Position numbers and translations under genes: made by a program. The notes beneath the pieces are model-generated. The model searched no databases and was not told the DNA's origin. It saw only the letters and a list, made by a program, of their open reading frames with translations. From Terriglobales bacterium (GTDB lineage Bacteria > Acidobacteriota > Terriglobia > Terriglobales > Acidobacteriaceae): a stretch of DNA of 64,000 bases. This document shows positions 8,560 through 18,771 of the stretch, in pieces. Each line of letters opens with the position of its first letter. Position 1 is the stretch's first letter. The stretch is taken from contig JANWKU010000021.1 in the NCBI GenBank assembly GCA_025451215.1, positions 5,075 through 69,074 of the forward strand. Direction: 5' to 3'.

Positions 8560-10182
8560 ATGTATCGGGTGTCTATCTATCTTGGACTCGTAACCGCGGT
8601 CATCATCGCCAGCGCAACCAATAGCGCAGCCGCCAGCACCGGGTGCGTGCCGCCTGCAATCTTTCAGACCAAACTTCAGGGACACCCGACCGCAGAAGTT
8701 TACGCGCAACTTGGGAGTTGGTACGCGAGCCACAAACAATATGGTTGTGCGAACGAAGCATTTCGCTTAGGCCTAAAGCGGGAGCCACGATCCGCTGATC
8801 TTTTTTATCTTGTGGGTCTCAATCTGTTACGCAAGGGTGATTTTGCGAAGGCGATCGAGCCGCTGCAGCAATCAGTCGAACTCAACCCTAATCTGATCAA
8901 ACCTCATCTCCTGCTGGCCTCAGCCCTTGAGGAGCTAGGCCAGACGATGGAAGCACGAAAGGAATGGCTGGCGGCGGTAAAGATTGACCCACACTCGGAG
9001 ATGGCGCTCGACGGCGCCAGCAAAAACCTGCTCACGACAAGCGATTACCAGTTGATCGTCGAACTGCTCAGCAACCAACCACTGGACGAAACCCTGACCC
9101 TGGATTTGGCCGCTGCTTACGAAGGCTACGGCTCCCTGGATCAGGCTTCCGAAATTCTGGAAAAGGCCCTTCGGGAAAAACCGTCGTCCAGCAGACTGAC
9201 GAAAGCCCTGATCAACCTTTCGATTTCCCAATCCCACTTTGTGAAGGCTGACGAGTTGTCCCGCAAACTTATTCAGCAAAATCCTCATGATGCCGAAGCA
9301 CAGGTGCTCCATCTACGCGCGCTGGTTTTGAATAACGAGGACGATCAGGCGCGTCCGCTGGCCCAGAAGCTGCTCGTGGCGGCTCCTCACAATTTTGGTG
9401 TTCTCTACTTGAATGGCGTCCTTGAGAATCGTTCAGGAAATTACGCGGCGGCCAGCGGTCATTTGGAAGAGGCGGTCAAGCTGAATCCGAACTACTACAA
9501 CAGCCGGTTCGCTTTCGGGATTACACTCTCTCACCTGGGTGACCTGCCTGGAGCCAGAGAGCAGTTTGAGAAGGCTTTGGCCTTGGGAGCGCCGGATCCA
9601 CAGGTGCATTTCGAATACGCCAAAGTGCTGCGCGCTTTGGGTGAGACCACCCTCGCTGCAGAGCAGCTCAAGGTGTATCAAGAGAAACAGAAAGAAAGTG
9701 CAGACCACACTGCGGCCGCCATTAAGACAGGACAGGCCGACAAAGAATTGGCGAGCGGAGATCCCAAGAAAGCAGTCAGCCTCTATCGCGAGGCAGTATC
9801 GGCAAATCCGGATAATGCAATTCTCAATTTCAAGCTTTCAGTGGCGTTGGACCGTGTGGGTGATCAGGCCGGCGAAATAGAGGCATTGAAAAAGGCGATC
9901 CAGCTTGATCCTGCAATGGCAGTCGCCCACTATCAGCTGGGATATTTGGCCTCGCTGACCGGCGACTTCCTGACGGCAGAGAACCAGTACGATCAGGCGA
10001 CAAAAGCGGCCCCCCAGTACATCGAAGCATGGATCGGACTTGCAGCCACGCTTGGAACCGAATCTCGATTCTCCGAAGCCAAACAAGCGGTAGAAAATGC
10101 CCTCAAGATCGATCCGAAAAACGCGAACGCAATCGAACTACAAAAAGAACTCGACAGCGGCGCGGCGCAAGCCAATCAGTAG
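8560..10182 (+). CDS. TPR-repeat protein, secreted or anchored
   Basis: The ATG at 8560 gives the signal-like N-terminus MYRVSIYLGLVTAVIIASATNSAAAS. Many TPR units follow (..AEAQVLHLRALVLNNEDDQARPLAQKLLVAAPHN.. and others). The track ORF starts at 8494. Confidence 0.8.
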   Translation: MYRVSIYLGLVTAVIIASATNSAAASTGCVPPAIFQTKLQGHPTAEVYAQLGSWYASHKQYGCANEAFRLGLKREPRSADLFYLVGLNLLRKGDFAKAIEPLQQSVELNPNLIKPHLLLASALEELGQTMEARKEWLAAVKIDPHSEMALDGASKNLLTTSDYQLIVELLSNQPLDETLTLDLAAAYEGYGSLDQASEILEKALREKPSSSRLTKALINLSISQSHFVKADELSRKLIQQNPHDAEAQVLHLRALVLNNEDDQARPLAQKLLVAAPHNFGVLYLNGVLENRSGNYAAASGHLEEAVKLNPNYYNSRFAFGITLSHLGDLPGAREQFEKALALGAPDPQVHFEYAKVLRALGETTLAAEQLKVYQEKQKESADHTAAAIKTGQADKELASGDPKKAVSLYREAVSANPDNAILNFKLSVALDRVGDQAGEIEALKKAIQLDPAMAVAHYQLGYLASLTGDFLTAENQYDQATKAAPQYIEAWIGLAATLGTESRFSEAKQAVENALKIDPKNANAIELQKELDSGAAQANQ

Positions 10183-10214
10183 CCGTGTTTTCGTTCTGGT
10201 AGGATCACAAAAAT

Positions 10215-11981
10215 ATGCGTAAAGGGAAATTCGGTAAGTGGACCCGCCGCGAAGTTCTGCGCATTATTCCCGCCGCCTTAATCCCCGCGCTAGTTCCCTC
10301 ACCGCTGCCTCTTCTCGCAGCCGAGAATAAGGCATCCCCGAATCCATCGCTTACTCCTTTCTCACATTTCGTGGATATCGCGGAAAGCGCGGGCCTCACC
10401 AAAAAAATGATGGCCGGCGAAACGGACCATATTACGTACATCATGGAACAGAATGGCGGTGGTTGCGCGTTTTTCGACTACGACAACGACGGATGGATGG
10501 ACATTTTCATTCTCGGCGCTCGCCTTCTGAAAGGGTGTCTGCCCGGGTCCAGCAATCGCCTCTATCACAATAATCGCGACGGGACATTCACGGACGTGAC
10601 CGAGAAAGCGGGTCTGATTGATTGCGGATGGGCTTGCGGTGTTTGCGTAGGGGATTACAACAACGACGGGTTTGAGGATCTTTTTCTCACATACTACGGA
10701 CAAAACCGACTCTACCGAAATAATGGAAACGGCACTTTCCATGAGGTAACAAAGGAGGCAGGCCTACTCCACGCGACAACACGTTTCGGCTCCGGCTGTA
10801 CGTTTGTTGATTACAATCGCGATGGTCTGCTTGATTTGTTCGTTTCAAACTATGTAGACATCGATTTGGCGACCGCTCCAAAACCCTCTCTGGACATTCC
10901 AAACTGTAACTATGAAGGTGTCCCTACACTTTGCGGGCCCGCCGGACTAGCTACCCCTCAACACTTCCTGTACCGCAACAACGGCGACGGCACATTCACT
11001 GACGTTTCCAAGGAGTCAGGGGTCGCTGCAATGCGCGGTTCTTACGGGTTTACGGCTGTCGCCTTCGACGTGGACGAAGATGGATGGCAGGATATTTTTG
11101 TGGCCTGCGATGCAAGCCCCAGCCTTTTATTGATGAACAACCACGATGGAACTTTTCGCGAAGAAGGATTGCTGCGCGGAGTGGCGCTGGGTCCAAGCGG
11201 AGAGTTATTGGGAGGCATGGGAGTGGGAATCGGCGACTACAATCTTGACGGTCACATTGATCTGGTAAAAACGCACTTTCTGAACCAGGCAACCGGACTC
11301 TACCGCAACGACGGCAAGGCAGCCTTTGACGATGTCACCGCAGCCGCTGGTCTAGGTGCAGAACGCCGCTTCATCAGCTGGGGAACAGCAATCATTGATC
11401 TTGATAACGACGGTTATCCGGATATTCCCGTCGTTACCGGGACCGTCTTTCCGGAACTTGAGCGGCTGTCCGCGAAGTTTCCGGCCAGTAGTCCTCGCAT
11501 CATTTTCCGCAACAATGGCGATGGCAGGTTTCGGGAACTCGGCGATGAAGCCGGCCCCGGAATTTCCGCGAAACACCAGAGTCGCGGCGCCGCTTTCGGG
11601 GATTTTGACAATGATGGCGACATAGATATCGTGATCATGAATCGCAACGAGGCGCCATCGCTTTTGCGGAATGATGCGCCTCCGGGAAATCACTGGATTA
11701 AGGTTAGGCTCGAAGGAACAAAAAGCAACCGCAGCGCGTTGGGATCGCGCGTGCTTGTAAGGTATGGCGGAAAAGTGCAAGCACAATGCCTTACAAGTCA
11801 GAGTAGCTTCTTGTCTTCAAACGATCCCAGACTTCACTTCGGCTTAGGGAAAATAAAAACGGTTGACATTGAAGTTCACTGGCCGACGGGCGTGAGTGAG
11901 AGTTTTAAAGACGTCGCGGCAGATCAACTGGTGACGATCCAAGAAGGCCATGGAATTGTAAAAAGTCGCCCCTTCCGTTGA
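10215..11981 (+). CDS. CRTAC1-family protein (FG-GAP/VCBS repeats plus a C-terminal ASPIC/UnbV domain), Tat-type signal
   Basis: Seven D-x-D/N-x-DG-x-x-D repeats: DYDNDGWMDIF, DYNNDGFEDLF, DYNRDGLLDLF, DVDEDGWQDIF, DYNLDGHIDLV, DLDNDGYPDI, DFDNDGDIDIV. UnbV_ASPIC-like C-terminus (GSRVLVRYGGKVQAQ...NDPRLHFGLG...VDIEVHWPTG). Twin-arginine N-terminus (WTRREVLR). Confidence 0.88.
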   Translation: MRKGKFGKWTRREVLRIIPAALIPALVPSPLPLLAAENKASPNPSLTPFSHFVDIAESAGLTKKMMAGETDHITYIMEQNGGGCAFFDYDNDGWMDIFILGARLLKGCLPGSSNRLYHNNRDGTFTDVTEKAGLIDCGWACGVCVGDYNNDGFEDLFLTYYGQNRLYRNNGNGTFHEVTKEAGLLHATTRFGSGCTFVDYNRDGLLDLFVSNYVDIDLATAPKPSLDIPNCNYEGVPTLCGPAGLATPQHFLYRNNGDGTFTDVSKESGVAAMRGSYGFTAVAFDVDEDGWQDIFVACDASPSLLLMNNHDGTFREEGLLRGVALGPSGELLGGMGVGIGDYNLDGHIDLVKTHFLNQATGLYRNDGKAAFDDVTAAAGLGAERRFISWGTAIIDLDNDGYPDIPVVTGTVFPELERLSAKFPASSPRIIFRNNGDGRFRELGDEAGPGISAKHQSRGAAFGDFDNDGDIDIVIMNRNEAPSLLRNDAPPGNHWIKVRLEGTKSNRSALGSRVLVRYGGKVQAQCLTSQSSFLSSNDPRLHFGLGKIKTVDIEVHWPTGVSESFKDVAADQLVTIQEGHGIVKSRPFR

Positions 11982-12085
11982 AGTTTGTATTTACAAGCGC
12001 TCTCTACTTCGAGCAGAATTGGAGCCAGCCCCCACCAAAGCCTCAGACTTCGATTTGGAGATTTCGAGTGTATAGCCGCCAAGGC

Positions 12086-15004
12086 ATGTTGATCCGGATG
12101 TATTTCACCTTCCTGCTCTCCAGTTGCGTATTTGCTGGCGCGCAGAGCGCCGTCCCAGCCGATAAAGGACCTAACAACGCTACGATCCTCAAAAACGTCG
12201 ATGAAGTATCCATCGCACTGGTAGTTCACCAGGGACGAAAGCCCGTTCTCAATCTCAAACCCGAAGATTTACAGGTAACGGATGAGGGTTCACCTGTTAC
12301 GCTTTCCGATTTGCGGCTCGTGACCGGGCATTCTACCGGCACTCATCGCGTCACATTCTTGTTCGATCGGCTCGATCCATCAGGAGCGACGAACGCCCGC
12401 GACGTCGCAAAGAAAATTCTGAAATTAATCCCGACAGAAGACTTTGCTTTCTCGGTGTTCAGCGTTGATGCGCGGCTAAAACTGCTGCAAGGATTTAGCG
12501 GTGACCGCGACGCAATTCAGAAAGCCGTCAATATCGCGACCGGCGAAGACGGCGCCGAGCGCGATCAAAGCGATGTTGTCTCCGAAAAAATGCTGGTGGC
12601 CAGCCTTCAATCTCTCTCCGGGCATCAGGAGGACGCTAATGGTGAAGGCAGCGCGGAACGCGCGGAGCTTGCATCCCTCACGGAATTTCAAAGAATCGGG
12701 CAGGAGGAGAATACGACGCCTGCACTCGCGGGATTACTCGCGCTCGCGCGCACCCAGGCGCAGATTCCCACGCGCAAGCTGCTTATTTATTTCACAGCCG
12801 GCTTGCGAGATGACGCAGACACGCACGACATGCTTCGTTCCATCGCAGGCGCCGCCACGCGCGCCAACGTAAGTATTTATGTGATTAACAAAACTGCGGT
12901 CAGTTCGAAGGTGATGGAAGGATTAATGCAGACCCGGGCGATGGGGGCCGTGGCGGCAAACAACAGAATGAATCCTGCGCCTACAGGCCGGGCGGCGCAA
13001 AGCCCAACTGTTTTTTCAGGCGGCATGGTTGGCGAGGTGACCGAGCAGATCACGCGAAGCGAGGGCGAGGGCCTTTCGGGCGGCAAGGACCCAGTGGCTA
13101 TCATGGCCATGAGCACCGGTGGTGCTTATCTTTTTTCGGAAGACAACCTGAAGAAGCCATTCCGGCAGGCGGTTGCGGACTTAACCACCTACTATGAAGC
13201 ATCTTACGTTCCGCCGAAACGAGAATATGACGGAACATTTCATCAGGTGACGCTCAAGCCACTGCGGCATGGACTCAAGCTGCGAGCGCGCGCTGGATAT
13301 TTCGCAGTCCCACCTGCTTCGGGCATGAGGCCCTATGAACTGGCATTGATGAAAGTTTTCTCAGGTCCGCACGTGCCTGATGATGTGCAATTCAGCTCAT
13401 CCGTGCTGCGGTTGGGTGAACTACCGACCGGGAATGAAAACACATTAGCAGTGGAAGTGCCGATTTCCAGCCTTGAAACTCAAAGTGACGCGAATACAAA
13501 TTTGATTTCCTGGCACGTGCTGATCGCGTCGGAAATCAAGGACAAGTCCGGAACCATTGTCGATCATTTCAGCGAAGACATCCCTGGACACGGCGCATTA
13601 AGCTTGAAGGATCAGGTGGAACTCGGCAGCGCAACTATGCAGCGCCACTTCCCGCTTCCTGTTGGCGAATACACTCTTGAGACGGTTGTAGTGGATCGAA
13701 ACAACGGGAAAATGGGCGCCGAGCGCGCCAACTTCGAAGTGGCGCCGCCAGGATCAGGTCCGTTTTTGAGCGATCTGGCATTAGTCAAGAGCATTGATCC
13801 GTATCCTTCCGAGTTGGATCCTCTCGAACCGCTTCGCTATGAGCACGGCAGAGTAGTTCCAAGTCTTTCCACTTCCGTCGCCCACGGCACCAAGGATCTG
13901 TCCTTCTTCTTTTTGGTCCACCCAGAATCCAACGATTCTAATCCAGCCATGCTGGAAATGGAGGTCATGCGAAACGGAGAGCTGCTGGGGCAGATGCCGC
14001 TACAATTGCCCAAAAGTCTTCATGAGGCCTTTCCGTATGTGGCATCTCTGAAGGCTGCTTCTTTACCAGCAGGGGATTATGACGTCCGGCTGTCGTTATC
14101 CCAAAACGGACAAGTATCGGAGCGAGAAACAAGCTTCAGGATTCCCGGTTCTGAATTGGCAAGTGCGACGCTGGGAAAACCAACTCCGCAGGGAGAACAG
14201 AGGGCATCGCTTACCAATGCCGCCCTAGAATCGGAACTCGCGCCGCCCCGACGGCCGGAGTTGGTGATTACCACGCTACCACCTGACTCCGTGATTCGAC
14301 CTTCCGAAGACGAGTTGAATAAAGTGATCACTGGCGCGCAGAAGTACGCAATAAACTACGCCGCCAAACTACCTAATTTCGTGTGTGTCGAGATTACGGA
14401 TCGTGCGGTGGATTCTTCCGGCAAGGGACAATGGCGACGCAAAGATTCCTTCGCTGAATCACTCCAGTTCGTGAACAGCCACGAGATCAGAAAGACGCTG
14501 GAATTCAACGGTCAGCCAAGTTCGAAGGATCGATCGGACATGAATGGACCGATTTCGCTGGGAGAATTCGGAGACCTGCTCAGTACGGTTTTTCAGCCCG
14601 CATCCAAGGCCGAGTTCCATTGGAAAGAAACCGATGCCGTTGCGCACCGTAGGGCACAGGTATTCGAATACAAGGTTGAGCGCGAAAACAATAGCATGTT
14701 GCTAGGCGATAACAACCGAAAGGTGTATGTCGGCTTCCATGGGCTCGTATACATTGACAGCGAAACGATGGGAGTCCGCCGGATCACGATGGAGGCGGAT
14801 GATCTTCCGACTAATTTCTCGATCCATGCTGCCTCGGTCGCGGTTGATTACGACTATATTCCAGTCGGCTCACACGAATATTCAATGCCAGTTCGCGGCA
14901 CGATTCGCGTGCAAAGAGGGCGCCACGAAGCAGATCTCAACCAAGTCGTCTTCCAGGATTATCGCCGCTATGCCTCGGCGATCAAGATTAGTGTCGCGCC
15001 ATGA
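12086..15004 (+). CDS. large VWA-domain protein of the acidobacterial VWFA-related (TIGR03436-like) type, with a long C-terminal extension
   Basis: The ATG at 12086 gives the signal peptide MLIRMYFTFLLSSCVFAGAQS. The N-terminal motif LVVHQGRKPVLNLKPEDLQVTDEGSPVTLSDLR is typical of this family. A VWA-like core follows, with RKLLIYFTAGLRDD and YEASYVPP...GYFAVPP. The track ORF starts at 11978. Confidence 0.8.
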   Translation: MLIRMYFTFLLSSCVFAGAQSAVPADKGPNNATILKNVDEVSIALVVHQGRKPVLNLKPEDLQVTDEGSPVTLSDLRLVTGHSTGTHRVTFLFDRLDPSGATNARDVAKKILKLIPTEDFAFSVFSVDARLKLLQGFSGDRDAIQKAVNIATGEDGAERDQSDVVSEKMLVASLQSLSGHQEDANGEGSAERAELASLTEFQRIGQEENTTPALAGLLALARTQAQIPTRKLLIYFTAGLRDDADTHDMLRSIAGAATRANVSIYVINKTAVSSKVMEGLMQTRAMGAVAANNRMNPAPTGRAAQSPTVFSGGMVGEVTEQITRSEGEGLSGGKDPVAIMAMSTGGAYLFSEDNLKKPFRQAVADLTTYYEASYVPPKREYDGTFHQVTLKPLRHGLKLRARAGYFAVPPASGMRPYELALMKVFSGPHVPDDVQFSSSVLRLGELPTGNENTLAVEVPISSLETQSDANTNLISWHVLIASEIKDKSGTIVDHFSEDIPGHGALSLKDQVELGSATMQRHFPLPVGEYTLETVVVDRNNGKMGAERANFEVAPPGSGPFLSDLALVKSIDPYPSELDPLEPLRYEHGRVVPSLSTSVAHGTKDLSFFFLVHPESNDSNPAMLEMEVMRNGELLGQMPLQLPKSLHEAFPYVASLKAASLPAGDYDVRLSLSQNGQVSERETSFRIPGSELASATLGKPTPQGEQRASLTNAALESELAPPRRPELVITTLPPDSVIRPSEDELNKVITGAQKYAINYAAKLPNFVCVEITDRAVDSSGKGQWRRKDSFAESLQFVNSHEIRKTLEFNGQPSSKDRSDMNGPISLGEFGDLLSTVFQPASKAEFHWKETDAVAHRRAQVFEYKVERENNSMLLGDNNRKVYVGFHGLVYIDSETMGVRRITMEADDLPTNFSIHAASVAVDYDYIPVGSHEYSMPVRGTIRVQRGRHEADLNQVVFQDYRRYASAIKISVAP

Positions 15005-15022
15005 ACCATTCTTGAAGTAGCG

Positions 15023-15049
15023 GAATCGTGTGCGTCGCGCACTCGATTC
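15023..15049. terminator. hairpin between convergent genes; no U-tract
   Basis: gaatcgtgtgcg-tcg-cgcactcgattc, 11 of 12 positions paired. It lies between the stops at 15004 (+) and 15094 (-). Confidence 0.35.
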
Positions 15050-15093
15050 AGTTGTTGAAGCAGCCCGGATGCCAGCAAGGCGCTCTCCGCTAA

Positions 15094-16251
15094 CTACTTG
15101 TGGCCGACTCGCTTCTCGAGCTGAGCGATCTGCTGCTCGAGCAGGTCCGAATTAGGACCAGGCGGCACGTAACTCAAGCTGCTCTGCAAATGTTTAAGGG
15201 CTTCGTTAAAATCGCCCTTGCTGGCAAGAATTACAGCCAGTAGTTGCTCCGTGTTCAGGATTGAGTGGTGAGGATCGAGCGCCAGAGATTTGCGCGCGTT
15301 GGCTTCAGCGGCATCAGTTTTTCCCATTTGATAATTAGCCATCGCATTCAAATACCAGCCCTCCGCGGTTCCCTCGGGGTAAGCTTGGGCCAAATGGTTT
15401 GTATTGTCCAGGACTGTTTTCCAGTCGCCTTTTTGCGCCGCCAGCGCCGCTAATTGTTCATAAGGAAGAATAAACTTCGGGTCCGCGGCAATTGCCTTTG
15501 AAAATGATTCCTGCGCGGTTTTAGGATCGGAACGGGTTTGCAGCTTTCCAAGTTGCAGCCACGCCTCGGCAAATCCGGGATCAATTTGCACTGCCTTTTC
15601 CAGTTTGCGTTCTGCGGCGTCAGTATTCTGCTGCATCATCTCTGATCGTGCTTTTTCGAAGGATTTGATGGCCTTGGGCGAGGCTGTTTCAGTACTCTTG
15701 CTTATGGTGGTCGAGGCATCGCTATTTACGCGGCCCAGCGTAATCGTGCCAATCTCGGGATCGTCGCGCAAATTGTTCTGGGTGATAGTAACGGCGGTGG
15801 AACGGAATCCCGATACCTGACCCTGAACGAGACAGCCCTCGAAGTGGGCCTCCATCTGCCGCTCAGAATCTCCCTGTTTCCCAAGAGCACCCGGCAATCT
15901 GATTCCCGTAATGGCGAAATTTCCCTTGGCATCGGTTTGAGTGGTATAGACCACTTTCCCGTTGCAAGTTACGGTAACCAGCAATGGCTCCCAGGGCAAC
16001 GGCTCTCCCTCCACGGTCAACTTACCCAGCAAGGCGCCTCCGGCGCGCCCCTGACCCGACATTTGGGTCCAGTAATCGTAAAGGCCACTGTCCTGAATGG
16101 ATCCAGGTCGAGTAATTGTGTTTGTTGTGGGAGCAGATGTATGTGTCGCTTGCCCGAACGCACCTAAGACAGGTAAAAAAATAAACAATGGGAACAGCAG
16201 AAAACGTAATACCCTACCAATCATTCCAGCGAACTCCTGACAACTCCGCAT
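15094..16251 (-). CDS. secreted protein with a carboxypeptidase-regulatory-like N-domain and C-terminal TPR repeats
   Basis: Signal peptide (LRFLLFPLFIFLPVLGAFGQA). Ig-like segment GKLTVEGEPLPWEPLLVTVTCNGKVVYTTQTDAKGNFAITGI. TPR units in the C-terminal half (AEAWLQLGKLQTRSDPKTAQESFSKAIAADP...). Confidence 0.75.
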   Translation of the reverse strand: MRSCQEFAGMIGRVLRFLLFPLFIFLPVLGAFGQATHTSAPTTNTITRPGSIQDSGLYDYWTQMSGQGRAGGALLGKLTVEGEPLPWEPLLVTVTCNGKVVYTTQTDAKGNFAITGIRLPGALGKQGDSERQMEAHFEGCLVQGQVSGFRSTAVTITQNNLRDDPEIGTITLGRVNSDASTTISKSTETASPKAIKSFEKARSEMMQQNTDAAERKLEKAVQIDPGFAEAWLQLGKLQTRSDPKTAQESFSKAIAADPKFILPYEQLAALAAQKGDWKTVLDNTNHLAQAYPEGTAEGWYLNAMANYQMGKTDAAEANARKSLALDPHHSILNTEQLLAVILASKGDFNEALKHLQSSLSYVPPGPNSDLLEQQIAQLEKRVGHK

Positions 16252-16398
16252 TCATTATCCATCCTTTCGCTGCGGGCCGACAGGGGCCGCGAGTCCGGGA
16301 ATCTACTAAAGTAAATTTGACAAGTCAGAATGCAGCTTGGGTGTACAATCCTGCCATTCAAACGTGGGCCGAAACTTGGCACCTGGGCGAGGCGAATT

Positions 16399-18627
16399 AT
16401 GTGGAAGTACGCTCTGACAGTGCTCATTTTTTTCGGTCTGGCCAGCTCAAATCTCTCTGGACAGACCACACCGGCAGTCAACGACCAAACTCCAACCATT
16501 CGAACGACGACGCGCGAAGTCGTGCTCGATGTAGTGGTACGCGATAAGCACCATCACGCGGTTTCTGATCTTCGCCCTGATGAGATTCAAGTTTTCGAAG
16601 ACGGTGTTCAGCAGAAAATCAGAGCCTTTCGAAACGTCCAAGGCGTTGAGCAACTTCAGACCGAACAAAAATTGGCCAAAAGCAGCCCTGCTCCGGACGC
16701 ACCGCGAAAACCGGCGGCAGCGCTTCGAGAATTAAATTTTGTATCAATTGTTCTTGCTCAAATCGCTCCACTTGACCGGCAATTTGCTCGGGATGCGGTG
16801 CTGGAGTTCCTGAAGAGCGACACGTTGCCCAATACCTACGTCACGATATATCGGCTCGATCCGGCTTTACACGTGGTCCAGCCCTATACAGCCGATAAAG
16901 CTACGCTCATTCGTTCCGCAAACGCCGCGGCCATGGGAGTGAGCCGAGGGAGCGGGTTGGGGAACACTGCTCGGGTAGCCTCAAGCATAGACACGGGCAT
17001 TCAAGCAAATGCCGCGACGGTTGTCGCGTCACCGACAGCCAATCCAGCGGCTGCCCAGTCGGTTGAGATGAAAATCATGAACCCGATCCCGAACATTGTG
17101 ACCGACCCGCTGTGGGCCAGGAACGCCGCTTCGCAGGATGCATCGCTGGCGGTGGGAAATGCGCTGGTGGCGCAGGCGCAAATATCGAATGGACTGCGTT
17201 TTGCAGATAGCTTGTCGAACGGAATGGACGCGATGGATGCGTTGCGCAAGATCATCACCGCACAGGCCAAACTTCCCGGACGCAAGGTGGTCTTGTACAT
17301 GTCAGATGGGTTGACGTTACCGATGGACCGCCGACAAGTCGTAGACAGCGTCATCAGCTATGCCAACCAGATGGAAGTATCTTTTTACATGGTGGATACG
17401 CGCGGCTTAAGCGTCGAGGATCCCATGGCCGGACCGTTGGCCGACCAGCAACGCGCTGGGGCAGAAAGTTCCGTGAACACGATCAGTCCTCGCATGGGCC
17501 ACATGGAAGATGATGACATTCAACTTACGAATTCCTCGAATAAACAACTGGCCATGCAGGAGTTGGCGGAAGCGACCGGCGGATTCGCTGTGGTCAATAC
17601 CAATGAAATCGCGCTTCCCATGCAACGCGTGATGGAAGATATTCGCACCCACTACGAAGTTGCGTACGCTCCTTCGGAAACCAATTTTGACGGGCATTTC
17701 CGCAAGATTGATGTGCACATTCACCGTCCGCGCGTGGAAGTGCAAACGCGCTCCGGATACTTTGCCGTACCTGACATCAATGGCGTGCCATTGCAGCCTT
17801 TTGAAATGGAAGCCGTGCGAGCAATAGACACCAAGCCAGCGCCGGTGAACTTTCCTTATGAAGTCTCGCTCCTTCGATTCAGGCCCAAGGCTGCGACCGT
17901 TGACTACCAGATGGCCTTCGACATTCCTATTTCCAGTCTTCAGGTCGTCATGAACGGCAACACCGGAGTCGGCCAACTCCGAGCTTCTGTGGTTGCACTT
18001 ATCCATAAACCTGACGGAGAGGTCGTGGGAAAAGTGAGCCGCGATTTGGTAAGGGATGTATCGAATGCCGACCTGCCGCACTTGAATGGTAAGGATATTT
18101 TGTACATTGAACCGATTGAGTTGCCAGGTGGGCACTATTTGGTTGATGCAGCGGTGACGGACGAACAAGCCCGCAAGACCACGGTGAAACGATTATCAGT
18201 ATTCGTCAATTCTGGAACGGAATTTGGCCTCAGTTCCCTGCACCTGGTGCGTACTGTTCAGCCGTTACCGCCGACCCGCAACAGCCAGGACCCCTTCGAA
18301 ACCGACTCCGGCGAGGTGGTGCCGACACTCTCAGACTCCGTATCCCCGGGTACACCAATTGGCGTGTATTTTGTCGTATATCCATTGAGCACCTCCTCGG
18401 TGGCTCCCACGATCACACTGCAATTGTTCCACGACGGCAAAGAGATTGGTCGGCAGGCGCTCGAACCGCCCAAACAACAGGCCGATGGTTCCATTCCAGT
18501 GCTGTTGCAGATCAAGCCCGATTCCGGTGAATGTGACATGGTCGTCACCGCGCAACAGGGGAACATGCGCTCGGAAGCAAGGCTTTCGGTCAAGGTGGGT
18601 TCCAACGACAGTCCAAGTCCGAATTAG
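16399..18627 (+). CDS. VWA-domain protein of the acidobacterial VWFA-related (TIGR03436-like) type; paralogue of 12086..15004
   Basis: The ATG at 16399 gives the signal peptide MWKYALTVLIFFGLASSNLSGQ. Family-typical N-terminus TTREVVLDVVVRDKHHHAVSDLRPDEIQVFEDGVQQKIRAFR. VWA core with RKVVLYMSDGL and YEVAYAPS...GYFAVPD. Confidence 0.85.
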   Translation: MWKYALTVLIFFGLASSNLSGQTTPAVNDQTPTIRTTTREVVLDVVVRDKHHHAVSDLRPDEIQVFEDGVQQKIRAFRNVQGVEQLQTEQKLAKSSPAPDAPRKPAAALRELNFVSIVLAQIAPLDRQFARDAVLEFLKSDTLPNTYVTIYRLDPALHVVQPYTADKATLIRSANAAAMGVSRGSGLGNTARVASSIDTGIQANAATVVASPTANPAAAQSVEMKIMNPIPNIVTDPLWARNAASQDASLAVGNALVAQAQISNGLRFADSLSNGMDAMDALRKIITAQAKLPGRKVVLYMSDGLTLPMDRRQVVDSVISYANQMEVSFYMVDTRGLSVEDPMAGPLADQQRAGAESSVNTISPRMGHMEDDDIQLTNSSNKQLAMQELAEATGGFAVVNTNEIALPMQRVMEDIRTHYEVAYAPSETNFDGHFRKIDVHIHRPRVEVQTRSGYFAVPDINGVPLQPFEMEAVRAIDTKPAPVNFPYEVSLLRFRPKAATVDYQMAFDIPISSLQVVMNGNTGVGQLRASVVALIHKPDGEVVGKVSRDLVRDVSNADLPHLNGKDILYIEPIELPGGHYLVDAAVTDEQARKTTVKRLSVFVNSGTEFGLSSLHLVRTVQPLPPTRNSQDPFETDSGEVVPTLSDSVSPGTPIGVYFVVYPLSTSSVAPTITLQLFHDGKEIGRQALEPPKQQADGSIPVLLQIKPDSGECDMVVTAQQGNMRSEARLSVKVGSNDSPSPN

Positions 18628-18771
18628 TTGACGGGTAGTTTGTTCTTTCTTTTCTCTCGGACGCCGGTAATCGCGCATAACTGAACCTCTAATCTCCAGC
18701 GGGATCAAGGTTTGGTCAAACGCGAATACACCGCTAGACACCCGGTTTGAGCCCGGCTAAGACTCTGCGTT

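Noticed and set aside
17407-18168. 253-aa minus-strand ORF inside the second VWA gene
   Set aside because: It is a shadow ORF. The plus-strand frame carries the family motifs and paralogue similarity.
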